Assembly: GCF_004010195.1 (NCBI RefSeq)
Contig: NC_057751.1
Span: 9,059,611 to 9,123,610, forward strand
Direction: 5' to 3'
Source of the DNA: Chiloscyllium plagiosum
Taxonomy: Eukaryota
DNA: 64,000 nucleotides
Position numbers and translations under genes: made by a program. Every line of letters begins with the position of its first letter. Position 1 is the stretch's first letter. The notes below the pieces were generated by a model. The model was not told where the DNA came from. It saw nothing but the letters and a program-made list of their open reading frames with translations, and did not search any database. Positions 53,576 to 64,000 of this stretch are shown piece after piece.

Positions 53576-55654
53576 GACGAAGGGGCGGGGAAATCCGTTC
53601 TTGGCAAAGACCTGTGCAAAAGCTGTGCAGTGAACACTCAAGGATTTCCACACTTCAGCCAGTCACCATAGATCATGAGTATTCTATCAGCAGTTGTGAG
53701 ATGTCACCTCAGCAAAAATGTCACGACACAGCAACAAATCTGAAGATTGAGCACAAAAGGCTTGAAAGACATTTCTTTTATAAGTTTAGTGTTTTAGAAA
53801 CTCTGAGGATTTAGCATTAAATAGCACGTCAATATTATAATCAGAGTGAAGGTTGAGATTGAATTGAGAGCAAAGAATATAGTGTCAGGTCAAGTTCTCA
53901 TAAACAGACTTGGGAATCGTGGAAAATTACAAACCTAACTTCATTCATATATAATTGTCATTTATCGAATATCTCAGAATACCTTAAACAGAGAGAAAAG
54001 CAGACAATTTCTTTTCTGTGACGTTTTAGTATAAAACAAAATGATACAAACAGACTTATACTGGAATATTTGAAGGCAGGTCAAAATAAAAAAGTAACTT
54101 GAGAAAAGTAATCCACAAGATAGTACAGTGACAGAGTGATCGATTAACCTCATGGTGAAAAGCAGTCACAGAACAATAGAAAAATAGATTCAAAGTCTGG
54201 AGGTGGACAGTGGCATGCATGGCTGGATAATTTCACTCAGATTAGATGAAGTGAAGCACTGGAGAGTACAGTGAGGGCTCATTGCATCTCAAATTCCTTC
54301 GGTTCCTCCCTGTTAAACATTTGCAGATCAGATACAACATTCTTATAGAGTACCCATTCTCCACTTTGCTTTCAGATGTTCTGACATTTGTTCCAGTACA
54401 TCTTTGCTGCAATGTAAGACTTTCTATGACTGATCATCTGGCTGAATTGATGTCCTACATGATTACGTTTTCCAATTTACCAACTTATACTGCTGACTTG
54501 CAATATTATATACAGGTCCAAGTTCATTGAAAGTGAAACTGATTTCCTGCCAGGACCTTAGATCCAACTGAAGACAAGATTATCATTTTCTCAGAGCTGA
54601 ATGTTAAACCTGGGTTCCATTGAGGAAATGGTAGTATCCTGCTAGGTCTTTCACTTTCTGTCAGAGAAATACTAATTCCATTAATATCATCGATCTTTGC
54701 AAGTTTGAAGTACAGTACATCTGTAACTATCTCTCAAAAGAATGACAGGAGCTGTTGAAATAACTCCACAGGGGCCGGTATCCCGTCATCAAGTCACCCT
54801 TTATTTACACTTGGAGAGTCCTTGATGCTGATCCAGCTTCCCTCGAGCCAGCTCCTCAAGTGAATGGAACCTCTGAAACTCCTGTTTATATGTGTCAGCC
54901 AGGGCTCCTGGATTGGACCAGATTAACAGCCCCAGTCAGGGAACTGAGATTCTATTAGGTGCACCTGGCTTACCTCTTTACAATCACTACATCCTCCCCA
55001 TCTGATTCTGAAGACAGAGGCTAGTTCCTTTTTTTTCGTAGCTCCTTCTAGGGCGTTTTAGCACTGGGTCAGAATCCCCTAACTCTGCCTTGAGACAGAT
55101 GGCATGTGATGCATAGTAGCTCACCTCTTGTGCCTGTAGTGTTTCAAAAGAAATTCATTTTCCTCTTCAGGCACGACATCCACCATGTCCATCTCAGATT
55201 CCAAGATATCTTCAACACTTGATAGAGAACACCTGGGTTCTAGAACAGTAGGAAAGGCATTCGAGGACCCAGGCACGTTTTGCTCTTGCACCATTTCCGG
55301 GTTTGCAGCTTTCATATGGTCCATGCTGCACCACCCGAACTTTATATGTCACTGGACTAGACCTCGTGTTGACCATGCCTCTTACCCACACAATGCCATT
55401 CCTATTGTTCCTACACCAAATGTCGCCCCCTGAAGTAAACGAATTCTTTCGCTTAGTGGAGACTTGTGTGCGGCACTGCTATCCCTGATGCCATTTCACC
55501 GGCTCCCAGATCCAGGAAGACCAGATTTAACCTGGTGCAGAGTCTTCTCCCGTTAACAACTCTGCTGGAACTATGCCTGTAGTTACATGAGGGGTGGTCT
55601 GATAATCGAATAGGAATCGGGACATTTTGGTATAGCTGTAGGATGTTTCTTTAA

Positions 55655-56025
55655 GGAGGAGAAAGTGAGGACTGCAGATGCTAGAGATCAGAATCAAAAC
55701 GTGTGGTGCTGGAAAAGCACAGCCAGTCAGGCAGCATCCAAGGAGCAGGAGAGTCGACATTCCAAGCATAAGCTCTTCATCAGGAATGTTTGGGAGTGGG
55801 GGGGTGGAAAGAGGGCTTAGAGATAAATGGGAGGGGGTGGGGCTGGGGAGAAGGCAGCTGGGAATGTGATAGGTAGATGAAGGTGGGGGGTGATAGTGAT
55901 AGGTTGGAGTAGAGGGTGGAGCAGATAGGTGGGAAGGAAGACGGACAGGGAGGACAGTTCATTAGGGTGGTGCGAGTTGGAGGGTTGGATTTGGGATAAG
56001 GTGGGGGGAAGGGAGATCATGAACT
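55655..56025 (-). mobile_element. Penelope-like 3' end nested in the Gypsy integrase
   Basis: Homologous to 24750-25075; tttaa duplicated at 55650-55654 and 56026-56030; decayed hammerhead-like motif near 55756-55783. Confidence 0.82.
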
Positions 56026-56556
56026 TTTAAACCTGCTTTCACAGTTTGGACTGATCTTTCCAGACCATTGGATGATGAATGATATGGAGCTGTCCTGAAA
56101 TAATAAATACCATTCAACTTTCAGAAATACTCCAATCCCCTACTGGCAAACAATGGCTCTTTATCTGTTACCAATGCTTCCAAGTGTCTGTGTATTGCAA
56201 AAGATGTGCACTGTTTTTCTAATGGTGTTCCCCTGCTTGATGAATAAACTCTTTGAACGTCTAGACACTTTGAGTGGGCATCCACAATGACCAAGAACAT
56301 TGAGCCCAGAAGAGGACTTGCAGAGTCGACATGGAACAGAGTCCAGGGTTTATCTAGCCATTTCCATAAATGTGGAGGAGCAGCTGGTGGTAATTTTTGT
56401 CCTTCTTGGCACTCTGGGCACTGCCCCATCAACACAGCTATGTCTGCATCCCATCCTGGCCACCAGACATAACCTATTGCTAAAATCTTCATTTTAGAAA
56501 CCCCTGGTGGAGATCAGCCAGTACGTGGTGACAACCTTTGCTCGGGACAGTCAGTC

Positions 56557-56737
56557 TTGGTCCCCATAATAATACACCGTCCTCTCCTGTGATTTGGTTT
56601 CTCTGTGTCCAAAAAGGTTTCAATTCTGGTTGCAACGGTCCTTTGGTTCCCATAATAATACACTGTCCTCTCCTGTGATTTGGTTACTCTGTGTCCAAAA
56701 TGTTTTCAATTCTGGGTGCGACGGTCCTTTGGTTCCC
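56557..56737. repeat. Tandem duplication of about 86 bp inside the Gypsy pol remnant
   Basis: ttggt.cccataataatacac.gtcctctcctgtgatttggtt.ctctgtgtccaaaa occurs twice in tandem. Confidence 0.85.
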
Positions 56738-58575
56738 TCCAGCACTACTCACTGTTTCAGTTTTGCCAGGACTGGATCTTTCTGCGTCCAACATCTGATA
56801 ATGTCAGCTCTGACTGGAAGTGTGTCCAGAAAATTTAAAACCATTGCAGATTCTTCCAGTGGTGGCAAGACTGGTGGTTTATTTGCCAGTGGGAGCCAGA
56901 TCAATGTACCTGGATTTGCTACTTGGCCTCCTGGATAGTGTTCCATCTTGTAATTATACACACCCTTAGTATTAGAGCCCATGGGCTGAATTCAGCCTGA
57001 AGCTACGGGGAGCACTGCATTGTTCTCTTTGTGTAGACCTAGTATGGGCTTGTAGTCTTTTATTATCAGCCTACTGATTTCTGCCTCAACTTTTGCCCAT
57101 GTGGAAAATTGCACTGGGCGGGCCTTGCAGGATTGTGGAATTTTTTCTGATCAACATGCAAGCTGGCTTTGCCTCCTTTGACAGTCCCAAAACATTCCCG
57201 AAAAACTTGGACTTCAGTCAGGCAGCCATTTGCTAATCGAAAAATGATGAGCCAATCTAGGTGAATCTTTCTCAATCAATTTTGCCCTATCAGGCTTGGG
57301 CCCAGATTTTTACGATCATCAGTGGTAAATGAACCAGCTGCTTCTCAGAGAAGACCGGAAACAAAGGTGGACCTTTAATCTGTGAAGGTTCCTCAGTATA
57401 GGTTCTCAGTCTAACTGAGACCTTGCGCAGACTTAAGGTTAGGAATCCAGATTGAAATTTGTTAAAGACTGGTTTTGCGATCACTGAAATGGCTGCACTG
57501 GTATTGATCTCCATTAGGACTGGGTGACCATTTGACCAGATGGTTATTTTAATTGGTTCTGATTTGGATGTTGCTAAGCAATTTCACTGTTCCAAACCAG
57601 ATGTAGATGGACATTCCAGGGTGTACAGGTCTATGAGTTTTCTTACTTGGTTTAGGTCCAGTGGGACTCTTTTGCTGCTTCAAGTCCACACACCAGCAGT
57701 AACTCCAATGGCTTGCCAGCCTGGCTTCTGAAGAAAATTTTCACCATTTGGTTAAGTCTTAACTTTGTTTTGGGATTTTGCTGTGGCTTGACTTAGAGTT
57801 CCTCTTTTCAGGATATGTCCTGAGTGAGGCTGTGTAATTGCCTTTATTCAAGTGGTGTTCCCCAAGCTCAGTTGGACTGGAGAAGGTGTCCGCTTCCATC
57901 GGAATACCCTGTAACTCATGTGCTCCACTTGCTGCATTTTCCAATGATGAAGCCACTAATACTGCCTGTTTGAAGTCCAGTTGGACTTCAGCTAGTACAT
58001 GCTTTTGTGTGGTTACATCATAACCTCACTCTTGTCGCCACTGAAATAACTCCATAGAGACCGGTATCCCATCACCATGTCACCCTTTATTTACATGTGG
58101 AGAGTCCTTGACACTGATCCAGCTCCCTCAGAGACAGCTCTCAGAATAAGGAGAACCTCTGAAAGCCCTGTTATTATTTGTCAGCCAGGGCTCCCTGATT
58201 AGACCAGATTAACCGCCTCAATCAGGGAACTCAGATTCTGTGAGACCCATCTGGGTGACCTCGTGACAATGACTACAGTAGTCACACAAGAGCCATTGAG
58301 GAACTGAATGGAGTGTTGTCAAGGATATAGAATACAGTCTGAAATAACTTGTTACCTGTCTTACTGCTGTTAGTTTCCCAATAGTGTCAGTGTAGTTCTA
58401 TTGGAAGTAGTGTAATATCTAAATCATGAAGTTATGTGTTCAAGCTCTGCTCTGGGTCTTGAACAACTCATCCATACTAGTGCTCCAGTGCAGCAATAGT
58501 TTATCAAAAAACTGTGAAACTGAGGTGCTTTCCAGTAGTTCAGTTGAATCCCATGATGCTGTTGGGAGAACATAT

Positions 58576-59229
58576 CGTTATGGACCAGGCCAGACCTCCT
58601 CAAAATATTTCAAGAAAGTAGCCCAGACCCTAACTTTGCTCGTTGTTTTAAGCCGGTGTAACATGGATATTCCAGGAGGGATGCAGTTGGTCAAACCACA
58701 TAGTTTTAAACAAAACAGAATTGATTGACAAGATTACTGACTGAAATACAAACAAAAGAGACCAGTATACTGAATAACTTAATTGGTCCGAAAACCCAAT
58801 TAGGATGGGTTTTAATTGATGATCCCAACTCAATGATGCTGTTCCAAATACTTGCAACAATCTCCACAAACACCCCTTGGCACAAAAGATAAAATCAAAC
58901 CCAGGGTCTTACAGGAGTGAAGCCAGGGAGAGAAGAGGATCAGCCTGGACCTGCTTCTTTGGGTCCAGCAGCTTTTTCAACTCTACTGTGCTGAAACCAA
59001 ACTAAACCAGAGAAAAGCTGAGCTGGGAGAACTGGCCATGCCCCTTTCACTGTACAAGAATTGTTTTTTCAACTTAAAAGCCTTTTATCTGAGGCAGTAT
59101 CTGTTTGGTATAATCAAATTAACCCTAAAACCCTTCAACTTAGACTTTTCAGAGGCTGTGTCTTTTACGATCTCTCTGAAAAAAAACCTCAGGAAAACAT
59201 AATGTTGTTAAAACAGCAGCATCGTCACA
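58576..59229. mobile_element. Possible solo LTR of a second family
   Basis: Ends in gtcaca. The proposed start cgttat (TG mutated) and the flanks atat/atac are both imperfect. Confidence 0.35.
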
Positions 59230-59369
59230 ATACGTCTTCATATGCTAGCTCACATTTCATTATCAACCAACACAACCAAAGATCAATTAATTGGTTATTC
59301 ATTGCAAAGATGTTCGTGGAAGTTTGCATTGTATAAAAGTACTAAGGGCTAACCATAATGAACCAATTA

Positions 59370-59790
59370 AAGTATTTCACGTACTCACTACTGGATCCTG
59401 GTCTGACAATGCCTCGATTTTATATTTCTCATCCTTGTTTTCATATTTCACAAAACCTTGTCCTTCCCTGGCTCTGTCATTGTTGCAGCCCCAGAGTGCT
59501 CTGACATCTTTGCCTTCAATCAACCTGGCCTCCCCAATTTTAAACATTTCACTGGCTCACATGCCTTCAGCTTCCAAGGTTTTCTGCTCTAGAATTCCTT
59601 CCCGAAACCATCAAACCTCTCTGTCTCTCTTTCTTTCCTTCAGGTGCTATTTTCTCAAAACATTGATCAAAATATTGGTCATCTGTCTGCATATCATATG
59701 TGACTCGCCAATGAATCTAGCTTGTTAATAATCCGATGAAGTGCTTCAGAATGTTTTACTAGTTTATCAATGCAAGTTCCCAGATGTAAA
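59370..59790 (+). mobile_element. Old L2-like 3' fragment
   Basis: Ends tgaagtgcttcagaatgttttactag.ttatcaatgcaagtt, resembling the L2-type tail seen reversed at 8240 and 51693. Confidence 0.4.
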
Positions 59791-60173
59791 GTCTTTTGGA
59801 ACCACCATGAGAAGAATAATGAAATGCTGAATAAATCCAAGTCACTTACTCTAAAATTTCTGCAAGGTAACATTGAGCACTTTGCCAAGACTCTCTTAAC
59901 AGCAAAGTAGTGGAAATCTGATCATCAGATTTCAAGGGCAAGCAAATACCTGCATCAAGAACTGATAAAACAAAATTGAGAGCAAATTTTGAATTATATA
60001 ATTTTAAACTGCCCTGGGTTTCAGTAGACTTTCCTGGCCTTAATGATGGCATAATAATCCTAAATTGAGATCAATAAAAGTACTTGAACACGAATGTAGA
60101 ACCCTCTCGACAGTACCTTTTGTAAACAGTCACCAACCACATAAATATTGTGCAGAAGATCTTGAGATTTATT

Positions 60174-60270
60174 GGTAGTGTCCCTACCTCTGAGGGAGGG
60201 AACCTGGGTTCAAACGTTATCTGCTCCAGAGGTGTGTCAGAACAATTCTGAACAGATAGATTAGAAAATA
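60174..60270 (+). repeat. Short SINE-like repeat
   Basis: Third copy of the 10281/17248 repeat, with B-box-like ggttcaaac. Confidence 0.55.
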
Positions 60271-63074
60271 TCTAAAAATATTAAATAATTCCCATGTCTG
60301 TCAGTCACATTTTGGAGCTATGCTTTCTCAAGAGTGGATTTCCCAGCAATGCTTTCAGTTCTTTACAAAAAAGAAAATCACAAAAAAATCAAACAGATTG
60401 CTGTTAATATCTACACAGCAATGAAAAATTTTAAAATGCCCGATTTTCAAAATTTAACCCATCCAAAAACCAGCAGTCAGCAATCTCCTTCAAACACAAA
60501 GAGCAGGTCAAATACAGAGAGCATTCCAAAGTCTTTAGGAAATCTTTTCAGCTACCATCTTGCATTCTCTATCAAGCCAAGCTCTGCAATTAAGTTTTTC
60601 TCCATCATTAATATTAAAAAGTTAGGAAAAGATTAGCCAGCTTACTATGCCTTTTCTGCATGAAAGATGCATAAAACCTTTTCCATATTTTCATGTGCCT
60701 GCCCAAGAAGCCAAGGATTTCAGTTCCTATTTTTCACAGAAATAACATTGTGGCCTCTCAGTCAGCTCTGCTGTTCAGCAAGATTGCAGCCAAACTTAAT
60801 TTTCTCACCTGATCCCAAGATCTCCTCATTCTCTTTGTGTTGAAAAGATTTAGCATTACTATGTTGGAATGGAGGACATGATTTGAGTTCCTGTTCCCTG
60901 ATCATAAACGTGTTGGATAGTTGACATGTTCAGATGTCAGGTAAGGGCAAGGATCAGGGCACTGATGTCCTGAGCAGATGCATAAGTTTACTGACATTCT
61001 CGAGATCACTCACAGTCACTTGTGTGTAAGGAACTGAACGACTGCCAGCAAAAAGGCCAGAAAACAAAGGAGAAATATGGCAGGAATAAGTAAGAAAGCA
61101 TAAAAGCTGTTTTGAGTACACTGAGAACTAAACGCTTCAGCTCACAGAATCAATCTATCCTTTTAGGTTGCTAAGAAACCATTTCTTCATGTTTTCTTTT
61201 TGGGGGCTGTCAGAGGAAGAGAATGCCAAGAAATAGGTCTCAAAGTCTCCACAAGCTCTGTCTAGTGTACACCCTCAGTCTCACAATGGGTTAAATGCAG
61301 TTACCCATTCCAGCTCTGTAATTTCCCACTGGAGTGTAGCTGCAATTGCATTGCTGAGCTCCATCTGTGAGCTGTATGTTGTGGAGGCAGTAATTTATTA
61401 GGACAATGGACCTGAGGAGCAGAACGGCACTAAACCATCCCAAACCCCCCCTCCCCTCACCTCCAGCACCACATGCTTGTGCTCTGGGGAGCCTTTTATC
61501 ACCACAAGCTCTCCGGCTAGTATCCCAAACAGGATGATGAACATTCTCTGATGATGTAATTGCCACTGGCATTTCCTCCCACTGGTGAATTATTAAATTA
61601 CTTGCAAGAATATATTTCTCAGGAACATTAAAATCACCACCTAGAGAATTGTTGGAAATTGTTAGCATGCTCTTAATGAATAGAACCTTCCCTTACTTGG
61701 TTTTTCTGTCATCATCTTCCTGAAGTTGGTGCAACTATTTTGTAATGTACAAAATCCTTCAGTGTTTCAATATCTACAGGAATTCTCAGCTTCTACAGAA
61801 AACTTGGTGTGACAAAAGGGAGAAAGTTCAGTGAGTGGTCTTCATATTGCTGATATGTCAAAAGGCTGGAATCACTTGAAAACAGGAACAGTCCTGAGGG
61901 CTGGGCTGATCCCAACATTCAGGGCACGAATCTCTCAGAGTTCAAGATATGGGTCTATGCTGATTGAGCTAATCTCATCCAGTTTAGTACAGGACGATGA
62001 TACTGGGCTGGAACGAGGAAACTGTCTTCTTCCTATTCAGTGACTTCCTCTGAAAGATAAGAGTATTTAGTTGTCAGTGATCAGGACTGGACTTATTAAT
62101 ATTGCCTGTGATGATGCACATATGATGAAAGATGTGTTGGAAAACTGTCAGAATTTGTTTAACTGTTCCGTCACAAGAGTCAGTGCCTTGAGGCTAAGAG
62201 AGAGAATTGGAAGTAGAAAAGCAGACAGCAACTTGGACTTAGAAAGTATCTGTCACATAGAATACAATATATTCTACACTGAAGCCAATGGATTTAGTGA
62301 TCAGAAAGCATGGAAAAATGGCAAAGTCTTGAGATTTAAAGAAGGAGAGCAACATAGGTCATTGCCACAAATAATGAACGAGCATCTTCTACAGCATCTT
62401 CCACATCACCAGGATATCTTAAAGAACCCCATAGCTTAGTGTTACCAGTATTTCTATTGCAACAGTCAATTTGCACACGGCAAGAATTCACAAACAGTAA
62501 TGAGGTAAGTGACAGAGAATCTGTTTTTAGTGTTATTTAAGAAATACACGTGAAATTTCAACAAATAACTCTACCACAGGAACGGTGGGGTGAACGGCCT
62601 CATTGCTGTATTATTCTATGCTGTGCTATAATATTAGTAGATCTCTCTTTTACTCCACTTAAACAGTGTCATGGGATCTTTTGTGTTTCTGTAATAAGAT
62701 AAGCAGAGCAGCAGGATGTTGTTTTATTTGCAAGATGGCATTTGTTCAGCAATGACTGAAGGTCACCCTAGAAAGATTGCTTTTGTCAGCCCAGCAGAAG
62801 GCCATGACTTCTGACTAAGAGGCAAGAGCCATGCAATTACATCACACCGTCAAATCGATTCTGACAGAATTGAGGGTAGTAACTGATTCTGTCATTAAGA
62901 ATTTGTGACCTTTTAAAATTGTGTAGAAACATACGCCAAACTGTTTCATAACTGCTAAGGTTACATGGGACAATTGGGCATTTAAATCATCTGAGTATCA
63001 GCTCATCAAGCTGTGTATGTTATGAACTGACCAGTAAATTCAGAGTATTCCTAAGGCACTGAGAAGAGAGTCAT

Positions 63075-64000
63075 GTCTTGAAAATAGTCCACATTACAGA
63101 AGAGAAGGTGCTGGAGGTCTTAAAATGCATAAAGGTAGATAAATCCTCATGACCAGTACATTGTGGAAGTTGGGAAAGAAACTTTGGGGGCATGAGCAGA
63201 GATATTTGTATTGTCTACAGCCACTGGTTAGGTGCCGGAAGACTGGAGGGTATGTGCCATTGTTGTGCCATTATTTTAAAAAGGCCACAAGAAAAAGCCA
63301 AGGGACTGCAGACTGATGAGCCTGATGTCAGTGGTGGCTATGTTTTTAAAGGAAATTCTGAGAGATAGGATCTACAAAATTTGGAAAGGGAAGGACTTAC
63401 TAGGGATAGTCAGCATGCCTTTGTGCAGAGAAAATCATGTCTCACAAACTTGATTGAGTTTTTCGCAGACGTGACCAAGAAGACAGATGAAGGCAGAGCA
63501 GTAGACGTTGTCTACATGGACTTTTGGCAAGACTTACAACCAAAGTTCCACATGGGAGACTGCTGAGTAAGGTTAGATCACATGAAATTCAGGGAGAGCT
63601 AGACAAAAGGATTACAAAACTGGCTTGAAGGTAGGAGACAGGGGGTGGTAGTAGAGGGCTGTTGTTCAGGCTGGAGGCCTGTGACCAGTGGTGTGCTGCA
63701 AGGATCGATGCTGGGTCCACTGATGTTTATCACTTATATAAGTTATTTGAATGAAAATATGGGAGGCATGATTCATAAATTTGTGGATGACACCAAACTT
63801 GGTGGTAAGTGGACAGTGAAGAAGATTATCCAGGATCTTGATTGATTGGGCTAGTGGGCCGAGGAATGGGAGACAGGGTTTAATTTAAATAAATACGAGG
63901 TGTTGCATTTTGGTCAGACAAACCAAGGCAGGACTTACAGTGAATGGAAGGACCCTGGGGAGTGTTGTCAAACAGAGATACCCTAGGAGTGCAGGCACAT
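63075..64000 (+). mobile_element. CR1 RT fragment running off the window end
   Basis: SQHAFVQRKSCLTNLIEFF..VDVVYMDF and SGVLQGSMLGPLMF..KFVDDTKLG. Confidence 0.9.

Larger units (their letters stand above)
54756..58277 (-). mobile_element. Gypsy/Ty3 LTR retrotransposon, internally deleted and decayed
   Basis: 236-bp LTRs (54756-54991 and 58042-58277; minus strand TGTAGT...TTTCA). PBS TGGCGACAAGAG next to the 5' LTR and PPT GGGGAGGA before the 3' LTR. Decayed gag, protease (EINTSAAISVI), RNase H end and integrase (YVWWPGWDAD..CPEC..HVD..IVDAHSK..VTD) in Gypsy order. Confidence 0.92.

Noticed and set aside
59291..59728. 145-aa ORF
   Set aside because: It has low-complexity Leu/Ser composition, overlaps an old L2-like fragment, and shows no splice or domain support.

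Overview
Eukaryotic, repeat-rich vertebrate DNA. The V-SINE (HE1-like) and CR1/HER1 content points to a cartilaginous fish, probably a shark (inference). The whole window lies inside one + strand gene, the COE-family transcription factor ebf2. Four consecutive coding exons (14195-14276, 32892-33009, 46624-46754, 48831-48957) have canonical AG/GT splice sites and compatible phases. They join into an open 458-nt segment encoding the end of the DNA-binding domain and the IPT/TIG domain. The flanking exons were not found in the window. The introns contain many decayed CR1 LINEs (some nested), L2 fragments, HE1-type SINEs, a two-LTR Gypsy element lacking its RT, related LTRs and several Penelope-like element (PLE) remnants. 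I found no novel protein-coding system or CRISPR array, and nearly all supplied ORFs are retroelement debris or noise. The most unusual signal is three short fold-back insertions from three different sequence families. Each has 12-14 bp target-site duplications and a minimal hammerhead-ribozyme-like motif, and four more decayed motifs lie in other PLE ends. Also notable is a 240-bp locally templated inverted duplication at a PLE 5' junction. Repeat-family names come from pattern recognition, not database searches, and most repeat boundaries are approximate.
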